In this document: positions 9,444 to 21,293 of the stretch, one piece after another | Numbering within the stretch: the first letter of the stretch is position 1 | How the letters are laid out: the number at the start of each line of letters is the position of its first letter | From: Hyaloraphidium curvatum SAG 235-1 | Taxonomy: Eukaryota; Fungi; Monoblepharomycota | Direction of reading: 5' to 3' | Assembly: GCA_025558095.1 (NCBI GenBank) | Contig: JAIVFI010000030.1 | Span: 124,001 to 188,000, forward strand | Length of the DNA stretch: 64,000 nt | Position numbers and translations under genes: made by a program | The notes under the pieces: generated by a model | What the model saw: only the letters and a program-made list of their open reading frames with translations | Told to the model about the DNA's origin: nothing | The model's database searches: none

Positions 9444-11352
9444 ATGTCGCAAACACAGGCGGCGCGTCCGGGGAGCGCCACTTACGGCGGCCTGCTTGTC
9501 TATGCCCTCCTCGCGATCGCCGGGATCCTCTTTGCCCTCCTGTGGCTCCAGTCCCAGGCCGACGTGCCGGCGGCGACCGCGGTTTCGGACGCTCTCCGCC
9601 CTCCCGGGGCTGCCCGGACAGCAAACTCTTGTTCGGGCGCGGACGCCGAGCCGCGCGTACGCCCCGCGGCGCCGGTGGCGCGCCCGGAAGGAACGGCAGC
9701 GGCCGGCGCACAGGGGCCCGCTGGGACACCGGCAGCGGCGGACCCCGCCTTCCTCGCCGGCAACGTCGAGAGGACCTACTACGGCCCCCTGATAAAGCAC
9801 CTGGCCAATTTCGGCCCGCCAGAGGCCGCGTGTCTTCCTTCCCTTGACGGCTCTGCGCCGGCGGTGTTCCCGCCAAAGAAGCGCAAGTTCGACATGGTCC
9901 TCATCCTGGCGCAGGGCCGTTCGGGCTCCACCACCCTGATGCGGCTGCTGAACACGATACCATGCTATAACATCCGCGGCGAGAACCTCTTCCTTTTCGC
10001 CAGGCTCCTGGGCAGCGGCACGCGGGGCGCGCTGTCTGCCGACACCTTCCGAGAGGGGGCGGTCAAGCTCCAGTCGCACTACGTGCATCCCTGGAACGCG
10101 ACCCGCTACGGGGAGCCGAAGCTGCCCAAGAAGCCGTCGTACTTCAACCGGTTCGACATGCCGCGCCTGGAGGACCTGCTCAGGCTCGTGGTCGGCGAGG
10201 TGCTCGAGCACGTGCCGGGCTACGTGACCTCGGGCTTCAAGGAGATCCGCCTCTTCAACCTTGACGCGTTCAGGTACAACGTGTCGGTCGGTTTCCTGGA
10301 GCACTGGACCGCGCTGTTCCCTCGGACGGCCGTCATCTTCGGGTACCGCGAGAGGGACATCCTGAACAGCGCGTGGTGGAAGGATTCCGACCGCGCGCGG
10401 ACGGAGCAGCTTTTGCAGCAGCAGCTGGAGTGGTTCCGGGAAGTCCACGAGCTGATAAAGTCCCGGAAGCGTTTTGGCGCCGGTGTGAAGTCCGCAATGG
10501 TCGAGTTTGACGACCTCGTGGCTTGCAACGACGGCTCCTCGAGCGGGTTGAAACAAGCGTACGACATGCTCGGGGAAACGTTCGACGCGGCCAGGTGCCG
10601 GGCGCTGATGGAGAACAATGTGGAGGACATGGGGCTGGCCGCTTCCGACGGCAACTTCAGAGACGAACAGGTCGGCGGCATGGGGTTCTCATTGGCCATT
10701 GCATCTGATGATTCTTTAGGGATTCAAGAACTGGTTCTACGGCTATCGGGAGCTGGCGAAAGGCAAGCTGTCCGACTTCAAGCTGCTCAACTTCAGCCGT
10801 CCGGTCGGGGACGGCACGGACGAGAAGGAGTTCGTCGGCCCCAAGAGGGACGGATCTCCGGATGAGGTCTGCACGATCCGGCGGGGCGCCCAGCAGCCTG
10901 CAATCCCCGATCGGGGGAAGGACCTGGCCTACGCCGCGTGCCGGCAGTGGCACGCGGACACGGAATCGGCCAAGGTCAGAATCGACCTCCAGACCCGCAG
11001 TGTGCCGGCTCGGTGCGCCGAGGGCGCTGCGCTGGTGCTGAAGTTGCTAAAGGACGGATCCGAGGTGCTGCACGAGAAGCGGTACGAGCTCGTTGATGCC
11101 GGTCGGGATCCGCCGCCGCCACCGTACAAGGTAAGCGTGGTCACCGGGCTGCCTAGGGGCACGGTGCTCGAGTTGTGCCTGGAGCCGAGGGTGAGGGTGT
11201 GCAGGGGACTTGGGGTGAGGATGGTGGTGAACCGGCACGGACCCACTCGGGGGGGCAAGGCTTCGGAGAAACCCCTGATTTCCCGTAGCGGCTGGAGCCG
11301 ATACCCACGGTCTCCTCCTCGAAGAGGACGAAAAAAGCCGGTAGATCCTTGA
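9444..11352 (+). CDS. Type II membrane PAPS-dependent (carbohydrate-type) sulfotransferase with C-terminal extension
   Basis: N-terminal TM; 5'-PSB loop AQGRSGSTTLMRLLN; IRGEN; GFKEIR; FP.TAVIFGYR...SAWW. Intron 10671-10719 joins to the frame ending at 11352. Confidence 0.8.
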
Positions 11353-11376
11353 TAATGTTCTAAAGCATCTGTGCGT

Positions 11377-12452
11377 TCACGGATGCGCGCTGCTGACCGA
11401 TGCTACTAGCCGCGATCCGCTCACGGCTTTGTAAGCATCTGCGTGTGCCCGAAACACCCTTTCAAACTCGATGACCACCGTATCGTTCTCGCCCGCAAAG
11501 TCTGTCTCGGTCCACCCCATTTCCCGGAACGCGGCGGCAAACTCGGCGTTCCACCCCTCCATGTAGGGGTGCTGCTGATCGCACACGGTCTTCGTCTCGG
11601 GATGCCCCACGCACAATGCCCAAGGCTTGAAGTTACCCGCAAAGTGGATCACCCGCGGCCCTTCCGGCCCGGGGTAGCCCGGGTGGGGGAACAAGGTTCT
11701 GTACTTGAGGATGCTGTTGTAGCGCGCCGGGACCCAGATGGCCACCCAGGCAAATTCGCGGACGAGGAAGGGCTGGTCCCCGTATTTGCCGGCCGAGTAC
11801 GTGCCGGCGCGCTCCACGAGGTTGCGGAAGCCGTCCTCGCCCGTCGGCCTGATCCAAAAGACACCAGCCTGCGAGAAGACGCCGTGAGCAAGACCGCGCG
11901 CAGGACGGGATTCGGGATCCGGCCCACGTTGAAAGCACCCGTGAGGGTCTCGTTGTACGGCGGCACGGGCCTGAAACTCGGCTCCAACACCGCGGCGAGC
12001 GGCGCGCCCGAGTCCCGCAGCACACGGAAAGGCACGTCAATCTCGCCCACAAGGTACGCGTCGGCGTCCATGAAGGCCACGGCGTCGTACTGAACCAGCT
12101 TGAAGACGTGCAGCTTCACCAGCATGTCCCTCCAATAGGGGTTCACGGCCACGGGGAACGGGACGGCCTCCACGTCCGCCACGCGCCAACCGGCTTGCTC
12201 GAGCATCGTCCTGTGCCGTGTACTTAGCGTGTTCCCGGGCGGAACCAGCGCCAGTCGGTCGCGCGCGGGCGAGTACCGCTGCAGCGTGCGCCCGAGGACG
12301 GCGGCGCCGGCGACGAACTCTGGGGCCGTCACGAGCGTGGCCACGGCCTCGCGCGGCGCCGAGAGAACACGCCCGGTGAAATACGCGCCGGCCAGGAGGG
12401 CGGCCGCCGCGGCAAGGGGGTACAACCGCCCCGTAAACAACGGGCGGGTCAA
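11377..12452 (-). CDS. GT8 glycogenin-like glycosyltransferase, membrane anchored (true ATG probably in an upstream exon)
   Basis: TM segment, ATLVTAPEFVAGAAVLG, KLHVFKLVQYD, FMDADAY (DxD), AFN|AGVF across an intron, GDQPFL, VIHFAGNFKPW. Confidence 0.85.
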
Positions 12453-13114
12453 TTGACTTCGTCCTCGTTGTGTTTGTCTACGGGCGACGACTCCGGCCCC
12501 GAACCAACGGCTGAAGGGGGGGCTGGCTGCAACGGCTCTGTGGCGCTACGGGAGGCGAGGGTGGTCCTTAAGGGGCAGGGCTCGGTGAATCGCGGTGAAG
12601 AGATCAGCGGCATGCAGGTCGTCGTGTCCAAGTCTTTGTGCCGCGATCCCAAGGTCTAGATCCCAAATCCGTGCTGATTTGCAAGGAAGAGAACTTTAAA
12701 GAACAGGCAAAAGGAACAGGCAATATTCGGTTTCTCTGCGGCACCGATGGGACACCACCTGTTCCGATGGGACACCGCCTGTTTGCACTGCCTCCGAGGG
12801 GAAGAAGAAGTGAGCGTCGGCGAGAGAGGCTGGTCTGGTCTGTTCTGGTATTTCCGTCGGCGTCGTAAAACACGAGGTAGATGGATGCCACTAGGTTATC
12901 GCGCCGAAGCGCTGTGTCCACCGCCGTCAATTCCTTCCCGCCAAATCCACTCCGCCATCGCCGCTTGGCGATTCAGAGCTCCGGATCGGGCTTCTTCTCG
13001 CGCACTTTCAAGGCCGGAGCCACGAAGGATGCTACCCATTTGCGAATCCGGGGAGGCAGGCGGTCATCATCCAGCTTTGTCGAAGGATCCAGTCGAAAGG
13101 TGGGAGAGATTGGG

Positions 13115-13443
13115 GGCGGAGTCGCTGGAGCACCTGCCTACTCTGTTCGCTCTCGGCCACAAGAATCCTAGAGCCGGATCTTTCGATCATTTTCACTCGT
13201 GCATAGATCGGAACTTGCTCAGATAGCCTGATTGCCGTGCTGTAGCGCCCAGGGCACCTTGTTTTCAGCCAATCATGCACCTCATTCTGCTCGCTTGATC
13301 GTCTTCTGTCGGCAATGTCTGCGATTCCGAGCTATACATCACACTTTAGAGCTGCCACTGCACAGCATCTATCATCCTCATCTTCCTCCATGGGTTGGTT
13401 GGTGGGTGCGAACTCTCCCCGCTCTCGCGCGGTGTGAAATCGG
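13115..13443 (+). repeat. Degenerate dispersed repeat, copy C (direct repeat of 5449-5761)
   Basis: Colinear conserved blocks with copy A (see that feature). Confidence 0.8.
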
Positions 13444-13548
13444 TTCAGCAGCTTCATTCCGAATTATCGCCGCCCCGCCGCACGCCGGAGCCCCGAGGCT
13501 CGCCGATTCCGCCGCGTGCCGAGCAGCACGTTGCGGTGGACGCGCGGG

Positions 13549-15144
13549 ATGCCGGCGTCTTCGTCGCCCGGCGGGCGGGGTCGGGCGGGGGGCCCGGGCA
13601 CGCACGAGCGCGGGTCGCCCGGCCCCCCGCCGCCCCGCGCGCCGCCACCCGCGCCGCCCGGCAAGGAGAACGGTCTCAGCAGCTCGCCGCCCCCGCGCGG
13701 CCCCCCCGGCAGCCCGCGCCGCTCCCCGCCGCGCGCCGCCGCGGCCAAACACACCGGCGCTTCCGCACCGCGGCTCAGTCAGCGCCCGCTCCCAAACTCC
13801 GACGCCGACCCCGACTGGCGCCCTGATTACTCAGCGTTCAGGCTGCCCGCGCCGCCGCGCCCCGTTCCGCAGCGCTGGGTGCCCGGCTCCCGTGCCGCGC
13901 ACAATGCCGCGGACAACCCGGGTTCCCCCGAACAAAGGAACCACGCCCCCGGCCCCACGCTCCGCGTCGCCAGCTTCAACCTGCTCGCGCAGTCGCTGCT
14001 GCGCCGCGACCACCACCCGCACACGCCCAAGGCCCACCTGAAGCTGGCATACCGCCTGCCCCTCCTCCTGTCCTCCCTGCTCTCACTCGGCGCCGGCGTC
14101 GCGTGCCTGCAGGAATTCGACCGCTGGGACGCGCCGCACACGGCCCGCCTCGAGGCCGAGTTCGCCGCCTGGCGCATGCGCAAGAAGCGCGTCAAGGGCA
14201 GCCGCGTGGAGCGCGAGGACGGGAACAACGGCAACGAGGGGCAGGGACTGCTCGTCTGCGTCTCTCGGGGTCTGCTCGCGCAGGGATGGTCGGCGATGGC
14301 CTACGAGGGCATCTTCCTGGACGAATGCCTGCCGACGGTCCCCGTGCCCGCCGACGGCCCCGGGCCGCCTGCCCACAACCCCCTCCCTCTGATGCTTACC
14401 CGCGGCACCGAAACCGGCAACGTCGCGCAAATCCTCCTCCTGCACCGCCCGACCTCCTCCCGCCCCCTGCTGATCATCAACACCCACCTGTTCTGGCGCC
14501 CAAAGAGCCACCTCGTCCGCCTGCGGCAGCTCTGGGCCCTCTCGCGCCGCGCGGCGTCGTTCCTCGCCTCCCGCGGCGCGAACGATGCCGACGTGATGCT
14601 GTGCGGTGACCTGAACCTCAAGCCCGCGGACCCGCTGTACCCGCTGCTGTTCCGCGCAGGGCCGTTCGCACCGGGGGAAGCGGAGGCGCTCGAGGCCCGC
14701 TTGTGGGAGCTGCACCTCGCCGACCTCGACCCCGGCGTCCCGGCACCCCCGCGGTGGTCATGCACCGGCCTCTCCCAGTTCTTCTCGGCCGACACCGATC
14801 AGCCAGTCACCGTCTCCGGCCGCTGCTTCGGGAGCAGGCCCTGGCGCTCCCTCCTCCCCTCGCACGAAGCCTGCGGCCTCCACGGCGCATGGAGCACGGC
14901 GGCAGGCTACGGCGCGGCGCAGTGGCGCGGCCTGGTGGACTACGTCTCGCTCGCCGTGCCGTGGTCCCACCCCCGGGGAACGGTGTTCGCGGCGGCGCTG
15001 GAACCCCCCCGCGCTTCCGGACGCTACCTGCTGAAGACGGAAAGCGGGGTGCAGGCGTGGGGCGTTGCGGAGGGGATGCCGGGGATGGGGTGGGGGAGCG
15101 ACCATGTTGCGGTGGGCGGGGAGGTTGTTTTTGCCGACGGATGA
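13549..15144 (+). CDS. EEP-superfamily RNA phosphatase/deadenylase, Ngl/Angel/CCR4-nocturnin-like
   Basis: VASFNLLAQSL, CLQEFD, NTHLFW, LCGDLN, VDYV, GSDH. Confidence 0.85.
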   Translation: MPASSSPGGRGRAGGPGTHERGSPGPPPPRAPPPAPPGKENGLSSSPPPRGPPGSPRRSPPRAAAAKHTGASAPRLSQRPLPNSDADPDWRPDYSAFRLPAPPRPVPQRWVPGSRAAHNAADNPGSPEQRNHAPGPTLRVASFNLLAQSLLRRDHHPHTPKAHLKLAYRLPLLLSSLLSLGAGVACLQEFDRWDAPHTARLEAEFAAWRMRKKRVKGSRVEREDGNNGNEGQGLLVCVSRGLLAQGWSAMAYEGIFLDECLPTVPVPADGPGPPAHNPLPLMLTRGTETGNVAQILLLHRPTSSRPLLIINTHLFWRPKSHLVRLRQLWALSRRAASFLASRGANDADVMLCGDLNLKPADPLYPLLFRAGPFAPGEAEALEARLWELHLADLDPGVPAPPRWSCTGLSQFFSADTDQPVTVSGRCFGSRPWRSLLPSHEACGLHGAWSTAAGYGAAQWRGLVDYVSLAVPWSHPRGTVFAAALEPPRASGRYLLKTESGVQAWGVAEGMPGMGWGSDHVAVGGEVVFADG

Positions 15145-15743
15145 GCGGGCCTGGGGGGCATGCTGGAGGGGGGATCGGGAGGAGGGGACGGCGGACTGTG
15201 TCGTATTTGGCCGAGTATTCCGGATGTATTGTATTGTATTTCGAGGATCGTATTTCGAAGGGTGTTTGGCGCGAAGCTTGGTCCTCGTCCGCCCATGGAG
15301 CTCCGAGGAAGGCCTGGAGCGGGCTCGGCGGCCCCATCCCGCGCCAGGAGCTCACAGACCGGCGAACTCAATCGAATCCTGACATGCGGATGCGTTCCGT
15401 TGATCCGCAGATGTGCGAAGAGGCGCTGGCCGTGGCTTGGGAGACAGCGCCAACCGGTGGCCAAGCGCCCCTTCGGAAGCTCGACCGGCAGACGCGAATC
15501 CGGCTCGGAACCCCGCGAATACACCGAATTCACCAAAGATGCATTCGAATGAATGGATTCGGACTTCCGACTGTCCGGAGAGTGCCTCGGAAGTCTTCTT
15601 AACCTGGACCCGCAATTGGGCCCTTCGTCGATCGCGCCTGTCTCCCGGAGCGCAACGCACGGCGATCTCACTCCGCTGCCTCTCCCCCGCGGCATCGCCC
15701 CTCGAATCCGGCTCTTTCGCGTTCGCTGAGTCCGATCGGCGAT

Positions 15744-17928
15744 ATGCCGCTCCTCGACAAGCACGTCCAGGACGGGGCGTCCTACGACTACATTGTTGTC
15801 GGGGCCGGGTCAGCCGGCGTTCCCCTCGGTGCGCCCCTGCCTTCCCGCATCGCGGTCCGCGGCTGATTTTGGACGTTGGCAGCGTACCGCCTCGCCGAGG
15901 ACGACAACGTCAGGGTGCTGCTGCTCGAGGCCGGCGGCGACAACACGGACGACCGGATCCAGCTCGCCTGGCGGTTCTTCGAGGTCCAGTTCGACGAACA
16001 GCTGGACTGGGGATACAAGACTGTCCCGCAGAAGGATCTCTACGACCGCGTGTACAATTGGTGGGGTCGCTGGTGGCATCGCGGACGAGGGCCGTGCTGA
16101 CGATGCCCGCCTTCCGGACGATCCCGACGCCATTCGCACCGCCATGTCACCAACGATTCCTGCTTTCCCGACGTTTGCAACGCGCCACTCGCACCACCCT
16201 GCCTCGTCCGATCGCAGGCCTCGGGGCAGGACCCTCGGCGGCTGCTCCTCGATCAACGCCTGCGCCTACGTCCGCGGCAACCCCAACGACTACGAGGAAT
16301 GGGAGCACAAGTTCGGCTGCAAGGGCTGGGGCTACAAGGACGTCCTGCCGTACTTCAAGAAGGCCGAGACGATCGACCCGCACCGCGGGGACTTTGACCC
16401 CGACGCGCACGGCAAGGACGGGCCGCTGCATGTGACGGAGCTCGGGCTGGACCAGGTCAACTCGTACACGCCGCTGTTCGTCGACGCGTGCGACAACGCG
16501 ACCAAGCAGGGATTGGTCGACATCCCCAAGATCAACGACTACAACTCCACCCAGGGGCAGAAGGGCTGCTGCATCGCCCAGGCCACCACCTACAAGGGTG
16601 TTCGTGAGGATGTCTGGACCGCCTAGTACGTTTCTCTCCGGTGATTGAAGTTGCGCCGCTGACACCTCCGAAGCATGAAGCGCACCGGCGCCATGAACAA
16701 GGCGAATTTGGATATCGCCCCCTTCGCCCATGTCGTCAAGGTCAACATTGATCCCCAGACCAAGCACTGCGGCTCCATCACCGTCCGCTTCGCGCCGACG
16801 CTCAACGAGGCCCGCAAGGCGCCCGACGTCGTGATCAACGCCAACCGCGAGATCATCCTCTCGGCCGGCTCCGTGGGCTCGCCCCACATCCTCCTCAACT
16901 CGGGCGTCGGCCCCATGGAGCACCTGGATTCCGTCGGCGTGACCACGATCATCAACAACCCCGCCGTGGGGAGCAACCTCAAGGACCACCTGTACCAGGT
17001 ACTCAACTACGAGGCCGTGGACGACGGGCCCGTCGCGGACCCGAAGCTGCCCGAGGCCGTGGGCGAGTGGTTCGCCACCAAAACCGGGATCCTGGCCGGA
17101 TCGTGCCTGGAGGCCCTGGCCTTCTACCACTCGGGCGTCGACCCCGAGTCCAAGCGCTGCGACTCGCAGATCCACTGGTTCCCCGCGGCCTTCAACACGT
17201 ACGTCGCGCATGCACGCACCTCCTGACCATGGTTTTAATCTCCTACTAGCCATAAGCCTCTGCCTCCTGCGTCCTTGAAGGCGTTCTCGCCCGGGGAAGG
17301 TTAGTGTTGGCAAGCTCCCCTCCGGAGCGTCGCTCGTGCTCATCAACGTGCCAGCTATATACGCGGTGACGATTATCCCAACGCTCCTGGTCGTCGATTC
17401 CGTGGGCACTATCCGCCTGATCAGCTCGGACCCGTTCGCGTACCCGTGCATCGAGCCAAATTACTTAACCGCCAAGAAGGACATCGCCCGCTTCGTCTCG
17501 GCCTGCAAGCAGGCCCGCCGCGTCGCCGAGACTGAGCCCCTCAAGTCCAAGCTCAAGCGCGAGATCTACCACCCCGACATCAAGTACGACCCCATCAAGG
17601 AGGAGGACAAGTACTTTGAAGACCTCATTAAGCGGGCGTCCGTCACCGTGTACCACCCCACAACGACCTGCCGCATGGGCCCCGACGACGACACCAACTC
17701 GGTCGTTGACCTCCGGCTCCGCGTCAAGGGCGTGACCGGCCTGCGCGTTGCCGACGCGAGCGTGATGCCCGACCTCGTCAGCGGGTGAGCATCCATCACT
17801 CCTGCTCGTCATTCTTCTTGTCTGATCTTCGAATCAGCAACACGAACGCTCCGTCCATCATGATCGGGGAGCGCGCTGCCGATCTCATCAAGGAGGACTG
17901 GATGGGCAAGGGCAAGCAGAAGGCTTGA
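15744..17928 (+). CDS. GMC oxidoreductase (choline dehydrogenase/AA3-like), multi-exon
   Basis: YDYIVVGAG, VLLLEAG, RGRTLGGCSSIN, EIILSAGSVGSPHILLNSGVG, VGSNLKDH, YHPTTTCRMG, LRVADASVMP, NTNAPSIMIGERAAD. Confidence 0.92.
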
Positions 17929-18241
17929 GTATTCGCGCATGGAGGATGCAGCTATCTATTGGAGCTATAGAGTCTTCATTATGAGCTCGAAGTCGTGCGA
18001 TCTGCCTCCAGCGCCCAGCACTGAAAGCAAAGGAAGCAATCCAGGTGGAGGCTGTCCGTGGGAGACAGCGGGGAGGACGCGTTTGGTCAACACGAAGCCC
18101 GCGGTTTCACACCGGGCCCCCTCCCTCAGCGGTGCTCGCTCGGTCACCGGTGCCGTTCCTCGTGCATAGAGATCGGCACGACGTGCCTGCCACAACCGGG
18201 ATTGCCTCACAGAGCTGAGCGCGAATCGCGGACACCCAACC

Positions 18242-19430
18242 ATGGCGGACCCGAAACCGGTCCGGATCCTCTGCGTCGGGACCGGAAACATGGGATCGAG
18301 CCACGCGAAGGCGTACAAGAAGCTCCCCGGCTTCGAGATTGTCGGGCTCGTCTCGCGCACCCCGGAGTCGCGCGGTGCCCTCAACACGCTGCTCGGTAGC
18401 GGCATCCCCGAGTTTTCCGACTACCGCGAGGCCATCGCCGCCACGAAGCCCGATGCGGTCTCGATTTGCACGTACCCCGATACGCACTCGGAGATTTGCC
18501 AGGCCGCGCTGGACGCGAACGCGCACATCTTCGTGGAGAAGCCGCTGGCCGCTTCCGTCGCCGACGCCGAGGCCATCGTCGCGCGGGCCCGCGAGCTGAA
18601 GCGCAAGGTCGTTGTAGGGTACATCCTGCGCCATCATCCGACCTGGACGCGCTTCATCGAGGTCGCGAGGACGCTGGGGACCCCGCTCGTCATGCGGATG
18701 AACTTGAACCAGCAGAGCTGCGAACCTAGCTGGAGGATACACAAGGAGCTCATGCGGTCATGCTCGCCGATCGTCGACTGCGGGATCCACGTGGGGCCGG
18801 CATTCACGGCGAGGAAGGCCGGTGGAAGCTAACTTTCACGTCCTTTAGTACGTCGACATCATGTCTCAAATGACATTGAGTCCTCCAGTGCGGGTATCTG
18901 GCATCGGAGCGCGGCTCTCGGACGAACTGCTACCAGGGATGGTCAACTACGGGCAGCTTCAGGTGACGTTCGCAAACGGCTCTGTCGGATGGTACGAAGC
19001 TGGATGGTGAGCCGCTCTCCCTCGGGCTCTGGACTTCGTTGATGCCGCAAACAGGGGACCGATGATGAGCGAGGAGGCATTCTTCATCAAAGACGTCGTG
19101 GGCCCCAAAGGCTCCGTCACCATCGTCGCCGGCAAGTCCGCCGAGGCGGGCCACTCGTCGGACCTCGAATCGCACACGGGCGCGCAGGCGCTGCGGCTGC
19201 ACCACTCCGCGCTCGGGCCGGACGGCAAGTTCGCGAAGAAGGACGAAATCCTCCCGACGGAAGGCGATCCCGGGCACGACGGACTGTGCGAACGGGAGCA
19301 GGTCTACTTTGAGAGGGCGATCAGGGAGGACCTGGACCTGAACGATCATCTGGAGGACGCGCTCAACTCGATGCGGATCGTGGACGCTGCGGACCGCTCT
19401 TTCCGCGAGGGCCGGACAATCGAGCTGTAG
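18242..19430 (+). CDS. Gfo/Idh/MocA-family NAD(P)-dependent sugar oxidoreductase, bacterial-like
   Basis: ILCVGTGNMG, HIFVEKPLA, GYILRHHP, IVDCGIH|YVD, GWYEAGW|GPMMSE. Introns at 18791-18848 and 19007-19054. Confidence 0.9.
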
Positions 19431-19517
19431 CGCCCCGCGATCGCATCTACCATGCCAAATACCGAGGTCTCCAAGCCACACCACGAACCGTGCCGCGTCT
19501 AGCATGTCTCCTCGGCG

Positions 19518-20892
19518 TCAGATAAGCCTCATCTCGTCCCGCATGATCTCCAATCCGCGGTCCCTCTTGCGCCCGCAGCTCCCCGCACCAAGCACGTAGT
19601 GGATTAAAGAAACAATCACCGCGGTCACCGTCGCGATGGCAAGCAGGTCTGCGTTCCCGTACCCGAGGGGAAGCCCCACCATGTCCCCGCACCGCGTGCC
19701 GTTGTCCGCTGGGGAAAGGTACCTCTTCGTGGTCACGTAGTGCGACGTCCATCCCCCGTGGTCCTTGTCGAACTTGGCAACGGCGGGCTTCTTTGGCCGT
19801 TCGTCGTCGAGCAGGTGGTCGGGGACGGGCTTAAACCCCGCGTCCAGCATCGAAACAGGCGGATCGGCGATCAGGTCGTCGTCGAAAAGATGCTCCTCGT
19901 CTGCGAGAAGCGGGGTATCCTGAGCCGCTCCGGCCCCGGGCAGCCCATCGTGCTTCCTCGTCACGTCCATGACGGTCCCGTCTGCAAGCAGCTTCTCGAC
20001 CCTGACCACCGGCAGCCCCTTCCTCTGCCTCTCCCCCGGCGCCGTGCCGTTATCCGGGTCATCGGGCGCAACCCACGGACCCCAGTCCGGCCTCGGTATG
20101 GCCGGCATGTACTCGCTCCTGAAACAGTAATCGTCCATCTCCGCCACCGGATCACACAGCATCCTGTACGTCTCGAGCGTGCGCGAGACGGTGTCGACGA
20201 GCCAGATGGCGTCGGAGCCGGACCAGTGGTTCGGCCACCTGGGCGTGGTTTCCTCCGGGATCCCGAGGAGCAGCGTGATGTTGGGCATCACCCTCCCCCA
20301 CCAAGTCACAAGCACGGGATCGTACCACGGCTCGAGCCTCTCCAGGCGGTCCGAGAGCTCGTCGAGCTGGTCCTTGTGGCAGCACGAATCGATCGGCAGG
20401 TGGAGGTGCGCGGCGAGGGGAAGGATGGTTTCGGGGGAGCGGCGCGAGTGCCGCGGGTTCTGGGCGATTAGGAAGGTCGGCTGCAGGGGGAAAGAGTGGT
20501 TCTTGCCAAAGACAGAGACCACGCAGATGGAGCGGAGGTAGCCGACGGGATCCAGGTCGTCGTCCGCGGAGAAGCGGTACTGCGACGAGGAGACAAGGTA
20601 AAGAGAGAAGAAAGAGACGATGGAGACAAAGAAGGGACGTGAGAGAATGAGGAGACGGGATAGAGAGAACGAGGGACGTTGGTTCCGGGAAGCGGGACGT
20701 GCCGGACGCGCTCCCCACCTGCGTATTGTCCACGTCCGGCCCTTCCGCATGTCGAATGATTATGATTCGCCGCGCGGACGCGGGCAGGACGAGCTGGAGC
20801 GCGAGCAGGGCCAAGGGGAGCGCGGCCCAGACGCGAGGAACGCTGGCGCTGCGCCCGGCTTCCCCCGGAAAACGCGCCCGGGGCGCCTTCAT
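19518..20892 (-). CDS. Secretory-pathway histidine-phosphatase (phosphoglycerate mutase-like) family protein with C-terminal TM helix
   Basis: Signal peptide, IIIIRHAEG, then after an intron L..VGYLRS and RSPETILPLA; C-terminal LLAIATVTAVIVSLIHYVLG. Confidence 0.7.
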
Positions 20893-21185
20893 GGAATGCG
20901 ATCGGGATCAAATGGATCCGATTGACGTTTCGGGCGGTCGACAGGATCGGGCCGGCTGCCTTGGCCGGAGCGCCGAGCCCGAGATAGTGCCGAGCTTCGT
21001 GCGGCCGCGGTCACCTGTCGAGCCGATCGCACGAACAGCTTCGGCGAGGCCGATGGCGCGGACAGATGCCACGTTCGGATCGCACTGCTAGGCCGAAGAA
21101 TTCTGTGGAAGCAGCCAGCTTCGCGCTGAGGCGGCGAAAATTGTCGTCGGCAGCATTAGCTCCTCTTCCATCTGCGGACAGATCG

Positions 21186-21215
21186 GACCAGACCAGACCA
21201 GACCAGACCAGACCA
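21186..21215. repeat. (GACCA)6 pentanucleotide microsatellite
   Basis: Six perfect GACCA units read directly. Confidence 0.95.
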
Positions 21216-21293
21216 GAGCTGGACAGCGTATGCATCTATACAAAACTTAGGCCTCGCGCCAGCGCGAGGCCGCAAATTTTTCGTCTACACCCC

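Noticed and set aside
12604-13280. Short ORFs between the GT8 and Ngl-like genes
   Set aside because: They have no motifs, atypical codon usage, and overlap the degenerate repeat.
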